64,000 nt of DNA from Candidatus Epulonipiscioides saccharophilum (GCA_002007295.1 LNZM01000156.1:11730-75729); one strand, 5' to 3'; shown: positions 39,248 to 50,531, numbered from the stretch's first letter. Notes: generated from the letters alone by a model not told the origin. Numbers and translations: made by a program.

Positions 39248-39663
39248 CTAGCTTCTTCTAGTAATTCTAAAGCTAAACTATCCGGATAATCTCCTTGATA
39301 TATAATCTTGGTTATACCCGAATTTATCAGTACTTTTACGCACATACTACATGGTTGTGTAGTTACATATAGGGTTGAATCACGTACAGATATCCCATTT
39401 TTAGCGGCCTGAGTTATAGCGTTCTGCTCAGCATGCAATGCTCGGCATAATTCATGTCTTTCTCCTGAAGGAATATTTAATGCTAATCTTAAACATCCTA
39501 TATCTATGCAATGTCTGCAATTAGTTGGTGCTCCATTATATCCTGTTGATAATATTTGTTTGTCTTTTACTAAAACGGCTCCTACTCGCCGTCTTAAGCA
39601 CGTTGATCTAGTTTTCACTAAATTGGCAATATCCATAAAATATTGATTCCATGACGGTCTCAT
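39217..39663 (-). CDS. dCMP deaminase (ComEB-like)
   Basis: [27 protein letters not shown] zinc motifs. Confidence 0.93.
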   Translation of the reverse strand: MRPSWNQYFMDIANLVKTRSTCLRRRVGAVLVKDKQILSTGYNGAPTNCRHCIDIGCLRLALNIPSGERHELCRALHAEQNAITQAAKNGISVRDSTLYVTTQPCSMCVKVLINSGITKIIYQGDYPDSLALELLEEASICVEQFGES

Positions 39664-39792
39664 AAAATCTCCTTACTTTTTTTAGTAAAAAGCAGTAGTA
39701 AAAATATCTTACCACTGCTCTTGTAATTATTTTTTCGACTTTAACTTTAATTTGCTTTAAACTACTTGTTTTAATTACTCACTTACTTAAAG

Positions 39793-40452
<660 letters not shown>

Positions 40453-40455
40453 TTA

Positions 40456-40890
40456 TTAATCCATTTCTTCTATTTGTGAAATTCGCCTTATGTGTCGTGG
40501 ATCATTCGAAAATTCTGTATCTAAGAATTCATTCACTATTTCTATAGCTAAACCTGGTCCTATAATTCTACCGCCCATTGCTAATATATTCGCATCGTTA
40601 TGTTCTCTAGTGGCCTTAGCACTAAATAAATCATGGCACAGTGCACAGCGAATTCCTTTGATCTTATTAGCTGTTATAGATATTCCTATACCTGTACCGC
40701 AAATAAGTATTCCTTTCGTCGCTTCTTTACTTAAAATCTTTTTTGCTACTTGCTTTGCATACTCCGGATAATCCGTTGATTCTAAGCTATTACAACCTAA
40801 ATCTATACAGTCTATACCTTTTGATTTTAGATGTTGTATAATTTCTTGCTTTAGAGTAAATCCTCCATGGTCTGAAGCTATCGCTATCAC
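40456..40890 (-). CDS. rpiB: Ribose-5-phosphate isomerase B
   Basis: ASDHGG, CGTGIG, REHNDANIL, RHIRRI; GTG start behind GGAGG. Confidence 0.96.
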   Translation of the reverse strand: MIAIASDHGGFTLKQEIIQHLKSKGIDCIDLGCNSLESTDYPEYAKQVAKKILSKEATKGILICGTGIGISITANKIKGIRCALCHDLFSAKATREHNDANILAMGGRIIGPGLAIEIVNEFLDTEFSNDPRHIRRISQIEEMD

Positions 40891-41014
40891 TGTCTGTCCT
40901 CCAATATAATTATTTGATTGTTAGGTGCATAATTTCTTATTTTAGAGTAAATGCTCCATGGTCTGAAGCTATCACTATCACTTTTTATCCTCTAATCTAA
41001 TTATCTGATTGTTA
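40838..41014 (-). repeat. 91-bp-period duplication of the tsaC stop / rpiB start junction
   Basis: 40838-40923 versus 40929-41014. Confidence 0.93.
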
Positions 41015-42009
41015 CATGCTTTTAATAGTCTATTCATAATACTTTCGGCTAAACCTATGTCATGTAAGTAGATTGTATATACTTTTTCTAATTTTAAATC
41101 GTCTAATTGCCTTAATTTTTCAAATAAGTTACTTGCTATATCTTCTAGTAATTGTAAACTCCCTAAGCTTAAAGAAGGAATGTTTTCAAAAAAATCTAGC
41201 ATTTCATCTACTACTAAGACACCAATTTTTCTATTTTCGAGCATATCCTCTTTTATTAGCTCATGCATTCTGTTTATAACCTTTTGTGTCGAGTCCGCAT
41301 CTACTATAATTAAATTGGCGTTTGGAGCATAATGCTTATATTTCATTCCTGGAGCAATTGGGAAATGATTTTTTGGAGCATATACTGTTTTTTTTAATGT
41401 ATCTTCTAACATTTTTAAAGTAATAAATCCTGGTCTAAGTAGTTTTATCCTTTTATCAGACACATCGATTATAGTGGATTCTATACCGATTTTTGAATTT
41501 CCGCCATCAATAATGCAATCCACTTTTCCGGATAAATCTTCTATGACTCTATTGATATTGGTAGGGCTAGGTTTACCCGAGGTATTAGCACTTGGAGCCG
41601 CTAAGGGTAGCCCAGATATTTTAATCAGTTCCAACATTATAGGATTTGCAGGAAACCTTATTGCTACAGTATCTAAGTTGGCCCGAGTTTTATTAGGTAT
41701 AATATCCTTTTTAGCTTTAAAAATCAAGGTTAGCGGACCTGGCCAAAAAGTATTTATAAGCTTGTTAGCGTCATCTGGTATTTCTAGGACTAAATCCCTT
41801 AACATGTCTAGCGATGCTATATGAACTATCAACGGATTATCGGATGGCCTACCTTTAGCCCAAAAGATAGATTCTACCGCTTTTTCGTTTAAAGCATTAG
41901 CACATAGGCCGTAAACTGTTTCTGTTGGAGAAACAACAAGCCCTCCATTTTCTAATATCCTTGCTGCTATTTCTAGCTTATCACTTTTATTCAAAATTAA
42001 AGTATTCAT
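40978..42009 (-). CDS. tsaC: L-threonylcarbamoyladenylate synthase (Sua5/YwlC type)
   Basis: PTETVYGL, KGRPSDNPLIVH, AAPSANTSG, APGMKYKHYAP. Confidence 0.95.
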   Translation of the reverse strand: MNTLILNKSDKLEIAARILENGGLVVSPTETVYGLCANALNEKAVESIFWAKGRPSDNPLIVHIASLDMLRDLVLEIPDDANKLINTFWPGPLTLIFKAKKDIIPNKTRANLDTVAIRFPANPIMLELIKISGLPLAAPSANTSGKPSPTNINRVIEDLSGKVDCIIDGGNSKIGIESTIIDVSDKRIKLLRPGFITLKMLEDTLKKTVYAPKNHFPIAPGMKYKHYAPNANLIIVDADSTQKVINRMHELIKEDMLENRKIGVLVVDEMLDFFENIPSLSLGSLQLLEDIASNLFEKLRQLDDLKLEKVYTIYLHDIGLAESIMNRLLKACNNQIIRLEDKK

Positions 42010-42083
42010 ATCAACTCCTGATTTAGAGAATTTACAAAAGTTATTATAACATCGTTACCTAGAAAATACCATCTTTATATTTT

Positions 42084-43376
42084 TTAAGATTGATAAAACG
42101 CCTTAAAAGCTTTGATCGTACTAAGAAAATCTTCTGTAGCCATAAGTTCTCTGGCAGAATGCATACTTAAAATCGGCGTGCCAATATCTATGCTTCTTAT
42201 CCCTAATTGGGTAGACATTATTGGCCCAATTGTTGAGCCTCCCCTTAAATCTGAATGATTTACAAAGGTTTGATGCGGTATTTGGGCCTTTTCACATATT
42301 TGTTTAAACACTGCTGCGCTATTAGCCTTGGTTGTATAACTACAGTTTGCACTTATTTTTATCGCCGGTCCATTACCTGGTAAAACCTTGTTTGTAGGAT
42401 CTGACTTTTCAGGATAATTTGGATGATATAAATGTGCTACATCAGCCGAAATTATAAAGGATTCATCTAGGGCAGATAAAAATTCAATCCGACTTTTCTT
42501 TAAGGCTATCGCTATCGATTCTAGTGTAAATATGAAATTAGGTGAATCTGCACCGCCTACACTGTTACTACCTACCTCTTCATTATCATAACAAACTAAA
42601 ACATTCGCTCCACTTTCTGGATCACTCTCTATAAATGCTATTAGCGCACTATAGGTCATTGATAAGTTATCTAATCTTGAGCTTGAAATAAATTTTTTAT
42701 CTAATCCTATTACACATCCTTCTTCACATGGATATAAAAATAAATCTACTTCCAATATATCTTTGATTTCTATTTGCAATCTTTTGGCTATAAACTCTAA
42801 CAATATATCTTTATTTATTTTTTCATTAGTATAGCTTATTATTGGCAAAGCATGTTTTTGAGGACTCAATTTTACACCGTTACCATTGTTTACTTCTCTA
42901 TTTTGATGTATGGCCAAACTAGGTATAACCATAATCGGTTCTTTTGGATCTATTAATAAATTTATTGGATTTAGGATATCTTTACTTTTTACGCATACTC
43001 TACCCGAAATAGAAAGTGGCCGATCAAACCATGTACTGATTATGGGACCACCATAGACTTCTGTATTTAATTCTATATAATTACCACTAGTTATAACCGG
43101 ATTAAATTTAATCCTAAATCCCGGTGTATCCAGATGTGTACCTATAATTTTATATTTTAAAGGTCCCCAACCTAATTTAAAAGCAAACACTGCTGAATCA
43201 TTAATAATTTTATAATATCGGCCACCTTCTGTTATTTTATGTTTCATTACAGAGTTAGTTAGTTCTATAAATCCATTTTCGTCTAAAATATTTTGTATAT
43301 TTTTTGATGCTAAAAACATTGATGAACCTTTATTTATAAAATCAAAAAGTTCATTTATATAATTTGCCATAGGCAT
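42084..43376 (-). CDS. M18 family aminopeptidase
   Basis: HLDTPG, RLDNL, DNEEVGS, ADVAH..HPNY, LSMHSARE. Confidence 0.93.
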   Translation of the reverse strand: MPMANYINELFDFINKGSSMFLASKNIQNILDENGFIELTNSVMKHKITEGGRYYKIINDSAVFAFKLGWGPLKYKIIGTHLDTPGFRIKFNPVITSGNYIELNTEVYGGPIISTWFDRPLSISGRVCVKSKDILNPINLLIDPKEPIMVIPSLAIHQNREVNNGNGVKLSPQKHALPIISYTNEKINKDILLEFIAKRLQIEIKDILEVDLFLYPCEEGCVIGLDKKFISSSRLDNLSMTYSALIAFIESDPESGANVLVCYDNEEVGSNSVGGADSPNFIFTLESIAIALKKSRIEFLSALDESFIISADVAHLYHPNYPEKSDPTNKVLPGNGPAIKISANCSYTTKANSAAVFKQICEKAQIPHQTFVNHSDLRGGSTIGPIMSTQLGIRSIDIGTPILSMHSARELMATEDFLSTIKAFKAFYQS

Positions 43377-43633
43377 ACCTCTTCTCTTTTTGCTAGTGTT
43401 TCCTATGGATAAGATTTTGATGCATAGTTCACAAACAAAATCGTTTATAAATATATTAATCTATATTATATAACTCATCCAAAAAAAGTATTTTTGATCT
43501 AAATATGTATTTTTATTATAAATTTCAAATTATTGACATACTATATAAATAAAAGCTCTCCTTAAAGAAATTCGGAGAGCCTACATCTATTGTTTATTAT
43601 ATTATTTGTTTATGTTATTGTTTATTCTATTAT

Positions 43634-43766
43634 TTATGCTATTAAAGTATTTTGAGATTGATCCACGAACTTTACTATTTTAACATCTTTAATACAAAGT
43701 CGATCATCTATGCAGTTAAACCACTTTGTGGTTGATCCATCAACGTTGCTCTTTTAGCATCTCTAG
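43634..43766 (-). repeat. Old, diverged echo of the antiporter 3' end (43634-43692 versus 43708-43766)
   Basis: Ungapped alignment, 43/59 identical, stop codon aligned with stop codon. Confidence 0.7.
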
Positions 43767-44925
43767 CATATAAAATTTTTAAAATAATAGGTGTAGCGAT
43801 AGATGAAATTACGACTAACATTATAACAGCTGAAAATAAGACCGGATCCATAAGACCTGCGTTCAAACCTTTTTGGGCTACTATTAAAGCAACTTCACCA
43901 CGAGCCATCATGCCTACACCAATTTTTAAAGCTTCTTGGTTGTTAAAGCCCATTACTTTTGCACCATAACCACATCCAATTATCTTAGATAATAAAGCTA
44001 TTAATACAAAGGCTACAGTAAATAAGATAACAGGTAGGGTAAATCCATTAATTTCTGTCTTTAAGCCTATACCAGTAAAGAAAATAGGACTAAACAACAT
44101 ATAAGAATTTATATCTATCTTGCCGATAATATATTCAGAAGAAGATAAATTATATAGCACTATACCAGCCACGTAAGCACCAGTGATATCTGCAATTCCG
44201 AAATAATGTTCTGCGATATAAGCAAATAATAAACACACAGCAAAACCATAAATCGGTAATCGTCTTCTATGTGGATCATGGTGGTCTATTACTGTAAACA
44301 CATAATGAACAATTGCGCCTAAAATTATGGACACCACAAAAAATGCTATCGTATTTCCAATTACAACTAGACCACTACTATTAGGATTTTTAAATCCTAT
44401 CACGAACGTAAGTAAAATAATACCAATAACATCGTCAATTATGGCCGCACTCAATATAGCCGTACCGACTTTACCTTTGAGTTTACCCATTTCTCTCAAT
44501 GTTTCTACTGTTATGCTAACTGATGTAGCAGTGATAATAACTCCAATAAATACAGCTTGCAAGAATCCGTCGCTACCTATAGGTGCGAACCCACCACTAT
44601 AGGCTGAATAAAGTAAATATCCGCCACTTAAAGGAACTATCACTCCTAACGCTGCTATGCAAAGTGAGGCTAATCCTGTATTCTTTAGCTCCTTTAAATC
44701 TGTTTCTAAACCGGCTGTAAACATTAACATGATAACACCAAGTTCACCCATTTGTAATAAGAACTCAGTTTCTTTTACCCAACCTAATACATTAGGACCA
44801 ATTATTAATCCGGCAACCAAAATGCCCACTACTTGTGGTAAGTGAAGCCTCCTAAATAATAGACCAAATATTTTAGCTACTAATAAAATAATTGCCAAGT
44901 CTAAGAAAAATCCATAATCTAACAT
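43708..44925 (-). CDS. Cation:proton antiporter (CPA2/NapA-like)
   Basis: LMFTAGLETD, TATSVSIT, ILSAAIIDD, GMMARGEVALI. Confidence 0.92.
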   Translation of the reverse strand: MLDYGFFLDLAIILLVAKIFGLLFRRLHLPQVVGILVAGLIIGPNVLGWVKETEFLLQMGELGVIMLMFTAGLETDLKELKNTGLASLCIAALGVIVPLSGGYLLYSAYSGGFAPIGSDGFLQAVFIGVIITATSVSITVETLREMGKLKGKVGTAILSAAIIDDVIGIILLTFVIGFKNPNSSGLVVIGNTIAFFVVSIILGAIVHYVFTVIDHHDPHRRRLPIYGFAVCLLFAYIAEHYFGIADITGAYVAGIVLYNLSSSEYIIGKIDINSYMLFSPIFFTGIGLKTEINGFTLPVILFTVAFVLIALLSKIIGCGYGAKVMGFNNQEALKIGVGMMARGEVALIVAQKGLNAGLMDPVLFSAVIMLVVISSIATPIILKILYARDAKRATLMDQPQSGLTA

Positions 44926-45481
44926 GCGTTTGTCATCTCCTATTATTATAAGATATATTTATTATATATGTATATTATATATCTATTAATTAAATATTGC
45001 AATAGCTTGTTCAATTTAAATTCAATAGCAACATATATAAACATATATATAATATTTATATTTTCATTTATAGTTTTTATATTTTTTCGTAAAACTATCT
45101 ATATGATGCTGACTAGCTCGCCCACTTATTTTAATCTAGCATATAATTTCTATCTTATTTTATAAAAGTTTATTTAAAATATTTTACAGGATATTTATTC
45201 CAATTAATAATAAACTTTTATCAATATATTGTTGACAACTTTTTCTGCACGTATTAATATTATATATTCATACAGATAAAAATGTCCAACAACTAAAAAA
45301 CTTTATTTCTATTTAAATTAGTACTCTATTTTTTCGACATATATTATAATGTTAAAGACTATTACATTTATGTACTATACATTTAATTATAAGTTATTTT
45401 CTGCACTTGTTTGCATAATTTTTAATTCTTAAGTATAATATTTATTATTAGTACAAATTTTTAAAGGAGGAAAATTAAAAA

Positions 45482-46450
45482 ATGAGATTAGTTGTTGCTT
45501 CACACAATCATGTCGGAAAAAAATTGGCCTATCCAATCCGGACCAATCGAGGATTATTATTTATGCCACATGGTAAAGAATTAACAGAAATTTTAATTAG
45601 TAGAATTCAAAATTTAGGTGTCACTTATATTTATGTTGAAGAAAAATTTTCAGAGGAAGTTATTATGGAGTTATCCTTTGAAGAGTTAATTAAAGAAGAT
45701 ATTATTAAACATTTAACCAGTTTGTATATTAACATTCAAAAAACTCAAATAGTAGACGAACGTTTAGTTCATTTTCTTGTCCAATTAATATTAAACAATA
45801 TAAATTTGAGCGAAAATGCTGTTTTTTATCGTGAACCGACAGACAACGAATATGATAAGCTAGCTCTTCATTCATTAGAAGTAGCTTTTTATTGTATCAA
45901 TATAGCTAAACATAGACGTATGCGGATTCAAGAATTAGAAAAAATCATAGCTAGTGCATTACTACATGATATAGGTAAACTACTAGATGATACTAGAGGA
46001 TCTCATGAAGAACGAGCGGTTAATATACTCAGAAGAAATCCCAATATAGCGCCATTAGTGTATGTTCCAATATTGCACTTACATGAAAAAATCGACGGAA
46101 CTGGTAAATTTAAAGTACCCAAAGATAAACTACACGTTCATTCACAAATTCTTCACCTTACAAATAATTATAGCAATCATATTGAAAAATTCTCAGATAT
46201 AAATCAGAGGGTAGAAATGATGAATATGGAAGCTGGTACTAGATATGATCTAAAAGTTTTTAAAAATGCCATGGAAGTTTTATATTGTTATCCAAACGGT
46301 TTAATGGTTACCCTTACAAATGCTACACAAGGACTTGTTTGTAAACAAAACATTGGATTTCCATCTCGACCAGTTATAGTACGCTTAGATGGACATGTTA
46401 TTGACCTCATGAAAGAACCAACAATTTTTATTAAGGAGATAATAAGTTAA
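45482..46450 (+). CDS. HD-GYP-like domain protein
   Basis: HSLEVA, LLHDIGK, HLHEKIDGTG, YPNGLMV C-terminal motif. Confidence 0.8.
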   Translation: MRLVVASHNHVGKKLAYPIRTNRGLLFMPHGKELTEILISRIQNLGVTYIYVEEKFSEEVIMELSFEELIKEDIIKHLTSLYINIQKTQIVDERLVHFLVQLILNNINLSENAVFYREPTDNEYDKLALHSLEVAFYCINIAKHRRMRIQELEKIIASALLHDIGKLLDDTRGSHEERAVNILRRNPNIAPLVYVPILHLHEKIDGTGKFKVPKDKLHVHSQILHLTNNYSNHIEKFSDINQRVEMMNMEAGTRYDLKVFKNAMEVLYCYPNGLMVTLTNATQGLVCKQNIGFPSRPVIVRLDGHVIDLMKEPTIFIKEIIS

Positions 46451-46452
46451 TT

Positions 46453-46953
46453 ATGTATTATTCACAAATTAGAAAATACGATACTTCAAATGGAGTAGGG
46501 ATACGAACTACTCTATTTGTATCAGGATGTACACGCTCATGCGATGGATGTTTTAACGAAGAATATAAAAATTTTAAAAACGGACTATTATGGGATGAAA
46601 ACACAGAAAATAATTTTTTAGAAATAATCGCTTCCAATATTATACACGGCGTTTCTATTTTAGGTGGCGAGCCTTTTGATCAAATCCAAGATGATACGTT
46701 ATTAAAGTTTATAAAACGAATAAAATCCGAGGTAAATAAAAATATTTGGATTTATTCTGGATATACTTTTGAGGAAATCATATCACATCCCAAACGTCGA
46801 TCCATCCTAGAAAACTGCGATGTTCTAGTTGATGGCCCATTTGACAAACGTTTAAAAGATATAAGATTATACTTTCGCGGTAGTAGCAATCAAAGAATTA
46901 TAGACATACAAAATAGTTTAAAACATAGCCATATTGCTTTGTTTGATATCTAA
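46453..46953 (+). CDS. nrdG: Anaerobic ribonucleotide reductase activating protein
   Basis: NGVGIRTTLFVSGC, CxxxCxxC, LGGEPF, RGSSNQRII. Confidence 0.95.
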   Translation: MYYSQIRKYDTSNGVGIRTTLFVSGCTRSCDGCFNEEYKNFKNGLLWDENTENNFLEIIASNIIHGVSILGGEPFDQIQDDTLLKFIKRIKSEVNKNIWIYSGYTFEEIISHPKRRSILENCDVLVDGPFDKRLKDIRLYFRGSSNQRIIDIQNSLKHSHIALFDI

Positions 46954-46970
46954 TATTTAAAAGGAGAGTT

Positions 46971-47897
46971 ATGAAGGGTAAAATAATTAAAGGTATTGCA
47001 GGGTTCTTTTATGTTGAACCAAGTGAATCTAATAATAAATTAAATGATAAGCCTAATAATAAACAAATTTATGAATGTAAAGCTCGGGGGAAATTTAGAA
47101 ATTCTAAACAAACTCCATTAATTGGAGATCTTGTCGAAATAAGTACCACATATTATGAAGGTAGCGAAAAAGGCGATTTCTTACAAGGCACTATAGACGA
47201 AATTTTACCACGCAAAAACCAACTTTTTCGTCCCTCTGTTGCTAACGTAGATCAGGGTATCATTGTATTTTCATTATCGTATCCGACAATCCATTTAGAT
47301 CTCTTAGACAGATTTTTGATTATGATGGCTGCCGCCGAAATAGATGCCATAATAGTCTTAAATAAATTAGATGAAGCGATAAATGATCAGTATAAAGAAA
47401 TAGTAGAAGGTTATAGACTTACCGGATATAACGTTTTATGCACATCGGCCAAAGACGGCCACATAAATGAAGTAAAAAACATTTTAAAAGATAAAACTTC
47501 ATTTTTTGCTGGCCCTTCTGGCGTTGGCAAATCTACTTTATTAAATACTATTTGCCCTAATTTTCATTTAGAAACAGGTAAAATGAGTGAAAAAATTAAA
47601 AGAGGGAAGCATACTACTAGACATACAGAATTGTTAAATTTAACATTTGGAGGATATGTATTAGATACACCTGGCTTTACATCATTAAAATTTGAAGATA
47701 TAGATATCAATTCACTCAAAAATTATTTTATAGAATTTGCCCAATATGAAGGGCAGTGTAAATTTAATGGTTGTACGCATACACATGAACCCAACTGCGC
47801 TGTCAAAAATGCAGTTAATTCTGGCCAAATATATAAGGCCAGATATGACAGCTATGTCAATTACTTTAAAGAATTGCAAAATATTAAGAAATGGTAG
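46971..47897 (+). CDS. rsgA: Ribosome small subunit-dependent GTPase A
   Basis: NKLD, GPSGVGKST, GKHTT, DTPG, CKFNGCTHTHEPNCAV. Confidence 0.97.
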   Translation: MKGKIIKGIAGFFYVEPSESNNKLNDKPNNKQIYECKARGKFRNSKQTPLIGDLVEISTTYYEGSEKGDFLQGTIDEILPRKNQLFRPSVANVDQGIIVFSLSYPTIHLDLLDRFLIMMAAAEIDAIIVLNKLDEAINDQYKEIVEGYRLTGYNVLCTSAKDGHINEVKNILKDKTSFFAGPSGVGKSTLLNTICPNFHLETGKMSEKIKRGKHTTRHTELLNLTFGGYVLDTPGFTSLKFEDIDINSLKNYFIEFAQYEGQCKFNGCTHTHEPNCAVKNAVNSGQIYKARYDSYVNYFKELQNIKKW

Positions 47898-47906
47898 GTA
47901 TGCAAT

Positions 47907-48551
47907 ATGGTACACTTAGCTCCATCAATATTATCAGCAAACTTTTTAAACTTAGGAGCAGATCTAGATGAAATGGAAAATGCCGACATAAAATATATAC
48001 ATGTAGACATAATGGATGGACATTTTGTTCCAAATATTAGTTTTGGTTCACCAGTCATAAAATCTATTGCCCCGCATATAAAAGGAAATATAGATGTTCA
48101 TTTGATGGTAACTAATCCTGAAGATTATATAGATCAGTATGTTAAATTAGGGGCCAAGATTATTACAGTCCATTATGAAGTCTGTACCCACTTAAATAGA
48201 ATAATTTCTATGATCAAAAAAAATGGTATTCTCGCTGGTATTGCAATCAATCCGGCTACTCCCGTTAATCTTTTAGTAGATATAATAGACAGCATCGATC
48301 TTGTTTTGGTAATGAGTGTAGACCCTGGGTTTGGCGGTCAAGAATTTATTACCCATGCTTTAACCAAAATAGAACAGGTCAGAGAATTATCCTCTACTAT
48401 TTTAATAGAAGTAGATGGTGGTATCAATCTTCATAATGTAAAACAGGTTATAAACTCTGGTGCTAATTTAATTGTTGCTGGATCTAGCGTATTTGAAAAT
48501 GGTAAAATTAATGATAATGTTAAAAATTTTTATAAAATATTTGAGGAGTAA
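47907..48551 (+). CDS. rpe: Ribulose-phosphate 3-epimerase
   Basis: APSILSA, HVDIMDGHFVPN, MSVDPGFGGQ, VDGGI. Confidence 0.97.
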   Translation: MVHLAPSILSANFLNLGADLDEMENADIKYIHVDIMDGHFVPNISFGSPVIKSIAPHIKGNIDVHLMVTNPEDYIDQYVKLGAKIITVHYEVCTHLNRIISMIKKNGILAGIAINPATPVNLLVDIIDSIDLVLVMSVDPGFGGQEFITHALTKIEQVRELSSTILIEVDGGINLHNVKQVINSGANLIVAGSSVFENGKINDNVKNFYKIFEE

Positions 48552-48555
48552 ATAA

Positions 48556-49182
48556 ATGAAAGTTGCAATTTTGGTTAATGGATATTATGGCAATTATGAT
48601 TTTTGTAATGATTTAAGTAATTATGATATGATTATTTGCGCAGATAATGGATTATATCATGCGGATCATCTTGGCATTAAGCCGGATTATATCATAGGAG
48701 ATTTCGATAGCGTAGATGAAGAATTGCTCAAAAGCTATGATTGTGTTGAGAAAAAAATTTTAAGTAAGCAAAAAAATGAAACTGACACAGAATCAGCCGT
48801 AGAATACGCAATTGACTTAGGAGCTAAAGAAATTACAATATACGGAGGAATCGGCAGTAGATTCGATCATTCGTTTGCTAATGTGTCCCTTTTGGCAAGA
48901 TTAATTACTCTTGGAATAAAATCAAGTATAAAAAATTCACACAATACAATTTATTTAGTAGACAATAAAATGGAAATAAATGCACCTAAAGATACTTTGG
49001 TAAGTCTCTTACCTCTTAGTTCAAAAGTTACAGGTGTGAATACAACCGGATTATATTATGCATTAAATGATGGAAAATTTGAAATGGGCAAGCCGTATGG
49101 CATAAGTAATGTAATGACCAAAGATTCGGCTACAATCTCAGTTAAAACTGGAAAACTGCTTGTCATACTAGCAATGGATTAA
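48556..49182 (+). CDS. thiN: Thiamine diphosphokinase
   Basis: ADNG, GDFDS, KNETD, GSRFDH, GISN; rsgA-rpe-thiN synteny. Confidence 0.92.
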   Translation: MKVAILVNGYYGNYDFCNDLSNYDMIICADNGLYHADHLGIKPDYIIGDFDSVDEELLKSYDCVEKKILSKQKNETDTESAVEYAIDLGAKEITIYGGIGSRFDHSFANVSLLARLITLGIKSSIKNSHNTIYLVDNKMEINAPKDTLVSLLPLSSKVTGVNTTGLYYALNDGKFEMGKPYGISNVMTKDSATISVKTGKLLVILAMD

Positions 49183-49281
49183 AAAAATAATTACCAAATT
49201 TTATAAACTCTGCAACAAATACACAAATGTTGCATATTATAGAAATATCAACGAGAAAATATATTTTAAGGTGGTGAGATT

Positions 49282-49365
49282 ATGGTCATTAAAGTTATTA
49301 CTCCTCCAAAATACATGCGCAAAATACTAGCTAAAATGTTTCGTGTAAACACCAAAAAATCCTAA
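49282..49365 (+). CDS. spoVM: Stage V sporulation protein SpoVM (27 aa, absent from the ORF track)
   Basis: MVIKVITPPKYMRKILAKMFRVNTKKS; Pro9 and amphipathic helix; AAGGTGG RBS; directly after thiN as in B. subtilis. Confidence 0.8.
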   Translation: MVIKVITPPKYMRKILAKMFRVNTKKS

Positions 49366-49467
49366 AAAAATATATGTCGCTCTGCGCTAGTAGGGCGTTT
49401 TTTTGTATAATTTTTAAATTATAGTACAAACTATACATAATTATTTTTTATACAAAGGAGATTCAAA

Positions 49468-50475
49468 ATGGAAAATATTATTATAACATCTCAAGATCCA
49501 ACCAGTTACATTAAAGAACCGTCCAAATATAAAAATAATAGCGGTCAAGATTTGTTTGGCTATCCACTTTCTCAAATGAGCCAAGCTTTTTTATATTACA
49601 ATTATTACCTAAATTCTGGCGAAATTAATAAGGCTATTCTAATTTTTGAACATATAAAATTAGGTATAGAAATCGAAGAACTTTGTAGCATGGCCAAAAA
49701 ATATTATATAAAAATAGCCAAAGCTCTCGACTTAACCAATAATGATATAGATGACCTAACTTGGCATTTATACTCTTTATATTTAAATAAACCCATTACT
49801 GAAATTAAACAATTGGTCCATAATATTCAGTCCTCTCAACAAGAAAGATGGAATCTATTAGTCCCTGATCAGGATAATATCACAGTCGATCAATTAAATG
49901 CTTATTATGATGGAGAAGAATTTCCAAGCGAAATTATTAATATCACCAGTGGCCTTCCTTTAGCATACCGAACTCTACCAGCTTTAATACAAAAACAATT
50001 TGGATTTAAGCGTGTCTTTGATTTCGGCGGTAATATTGGTATATCTTTAAGTGTTCTTGCCAATAACGATCCAACATCCAAGTATACTCTTATAGAATTA
50101 AATACTCAAGCCATGCATTTTGCAAAATGGAGAAACAATCTTATTGGCTTAACTAATATAGATTATATTAATAGTAATACCCTAAATAAAGATACGTTAA
50201 AAGGACAATTTGATTTTGGAATTTGCACTGAAGTATTAGAGCATTTATATGACGTTGAGGCCATTTTAGAAATTATATCTAATCTATTAGAACCAGGTGG
50301 AGTATTATTCTTAACAGCTTCTTTCGGCTATTACCCACACCCTGGTCATTTGAAGAAAAATGTAAAATATGCTGGTCATGAAGATCTTCTGCTGAGTAAG
50401 TTTGGATTTACGCCAATTAAGTTAAACCTGCCTATACCACTACTTAATAGCTTTCATATTTATAGAAAATTATAA
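49468..50475 (+). CDS. Class I SAM-dependent methyltransferase domain protein
   Basis: VFDFGGNIG motif I, ICTEVLEH, LEPGGVL; AAGGAG RBS. Confidence 0.85.
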   Translation: MENIIITSQDPTSYIKEPSKYKNNSGQDLFGYPLSQMSQAFLYYNYYLNSGEINKAILIFEHIKLGIEIEELCSMAKKYYIKIAKALDLTNNDIDDLTWHLYSLYLNKPITEIKQLVHNIQSSQQERWNLLVPDQDNITVDQLNAYYDGEEFPSEIINITSGLPLAYRTLPALIQKQFGFKRVFDFGGNIGISLSVLANNDPTSKYTLIELNTQAMHFAKWRNNLIGLTNIDYINSNTLNKDTLKGQFDFGICTEVLEHLYDVEAILEIISNLLEPGGVLFLTASFGYYPHPGHLKKNVKYAGHEDLLLSKFGFTPIKLNLPIPLLNSFHIYRKL

Positions 50476-50502
50476 TTTTTTTAATAAATTATTATTTTTG
50501 TG

Positions 50503-50531
50503 TAGACAAAACTTAAGTAATAGTTTATAAT
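50503..50531 (+). promoter_or_regulatory. SigA-type promoter for the YeiH-family gene
   Basis: TAGACA-17 nt-TATAAT. Confidence 0.6.
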
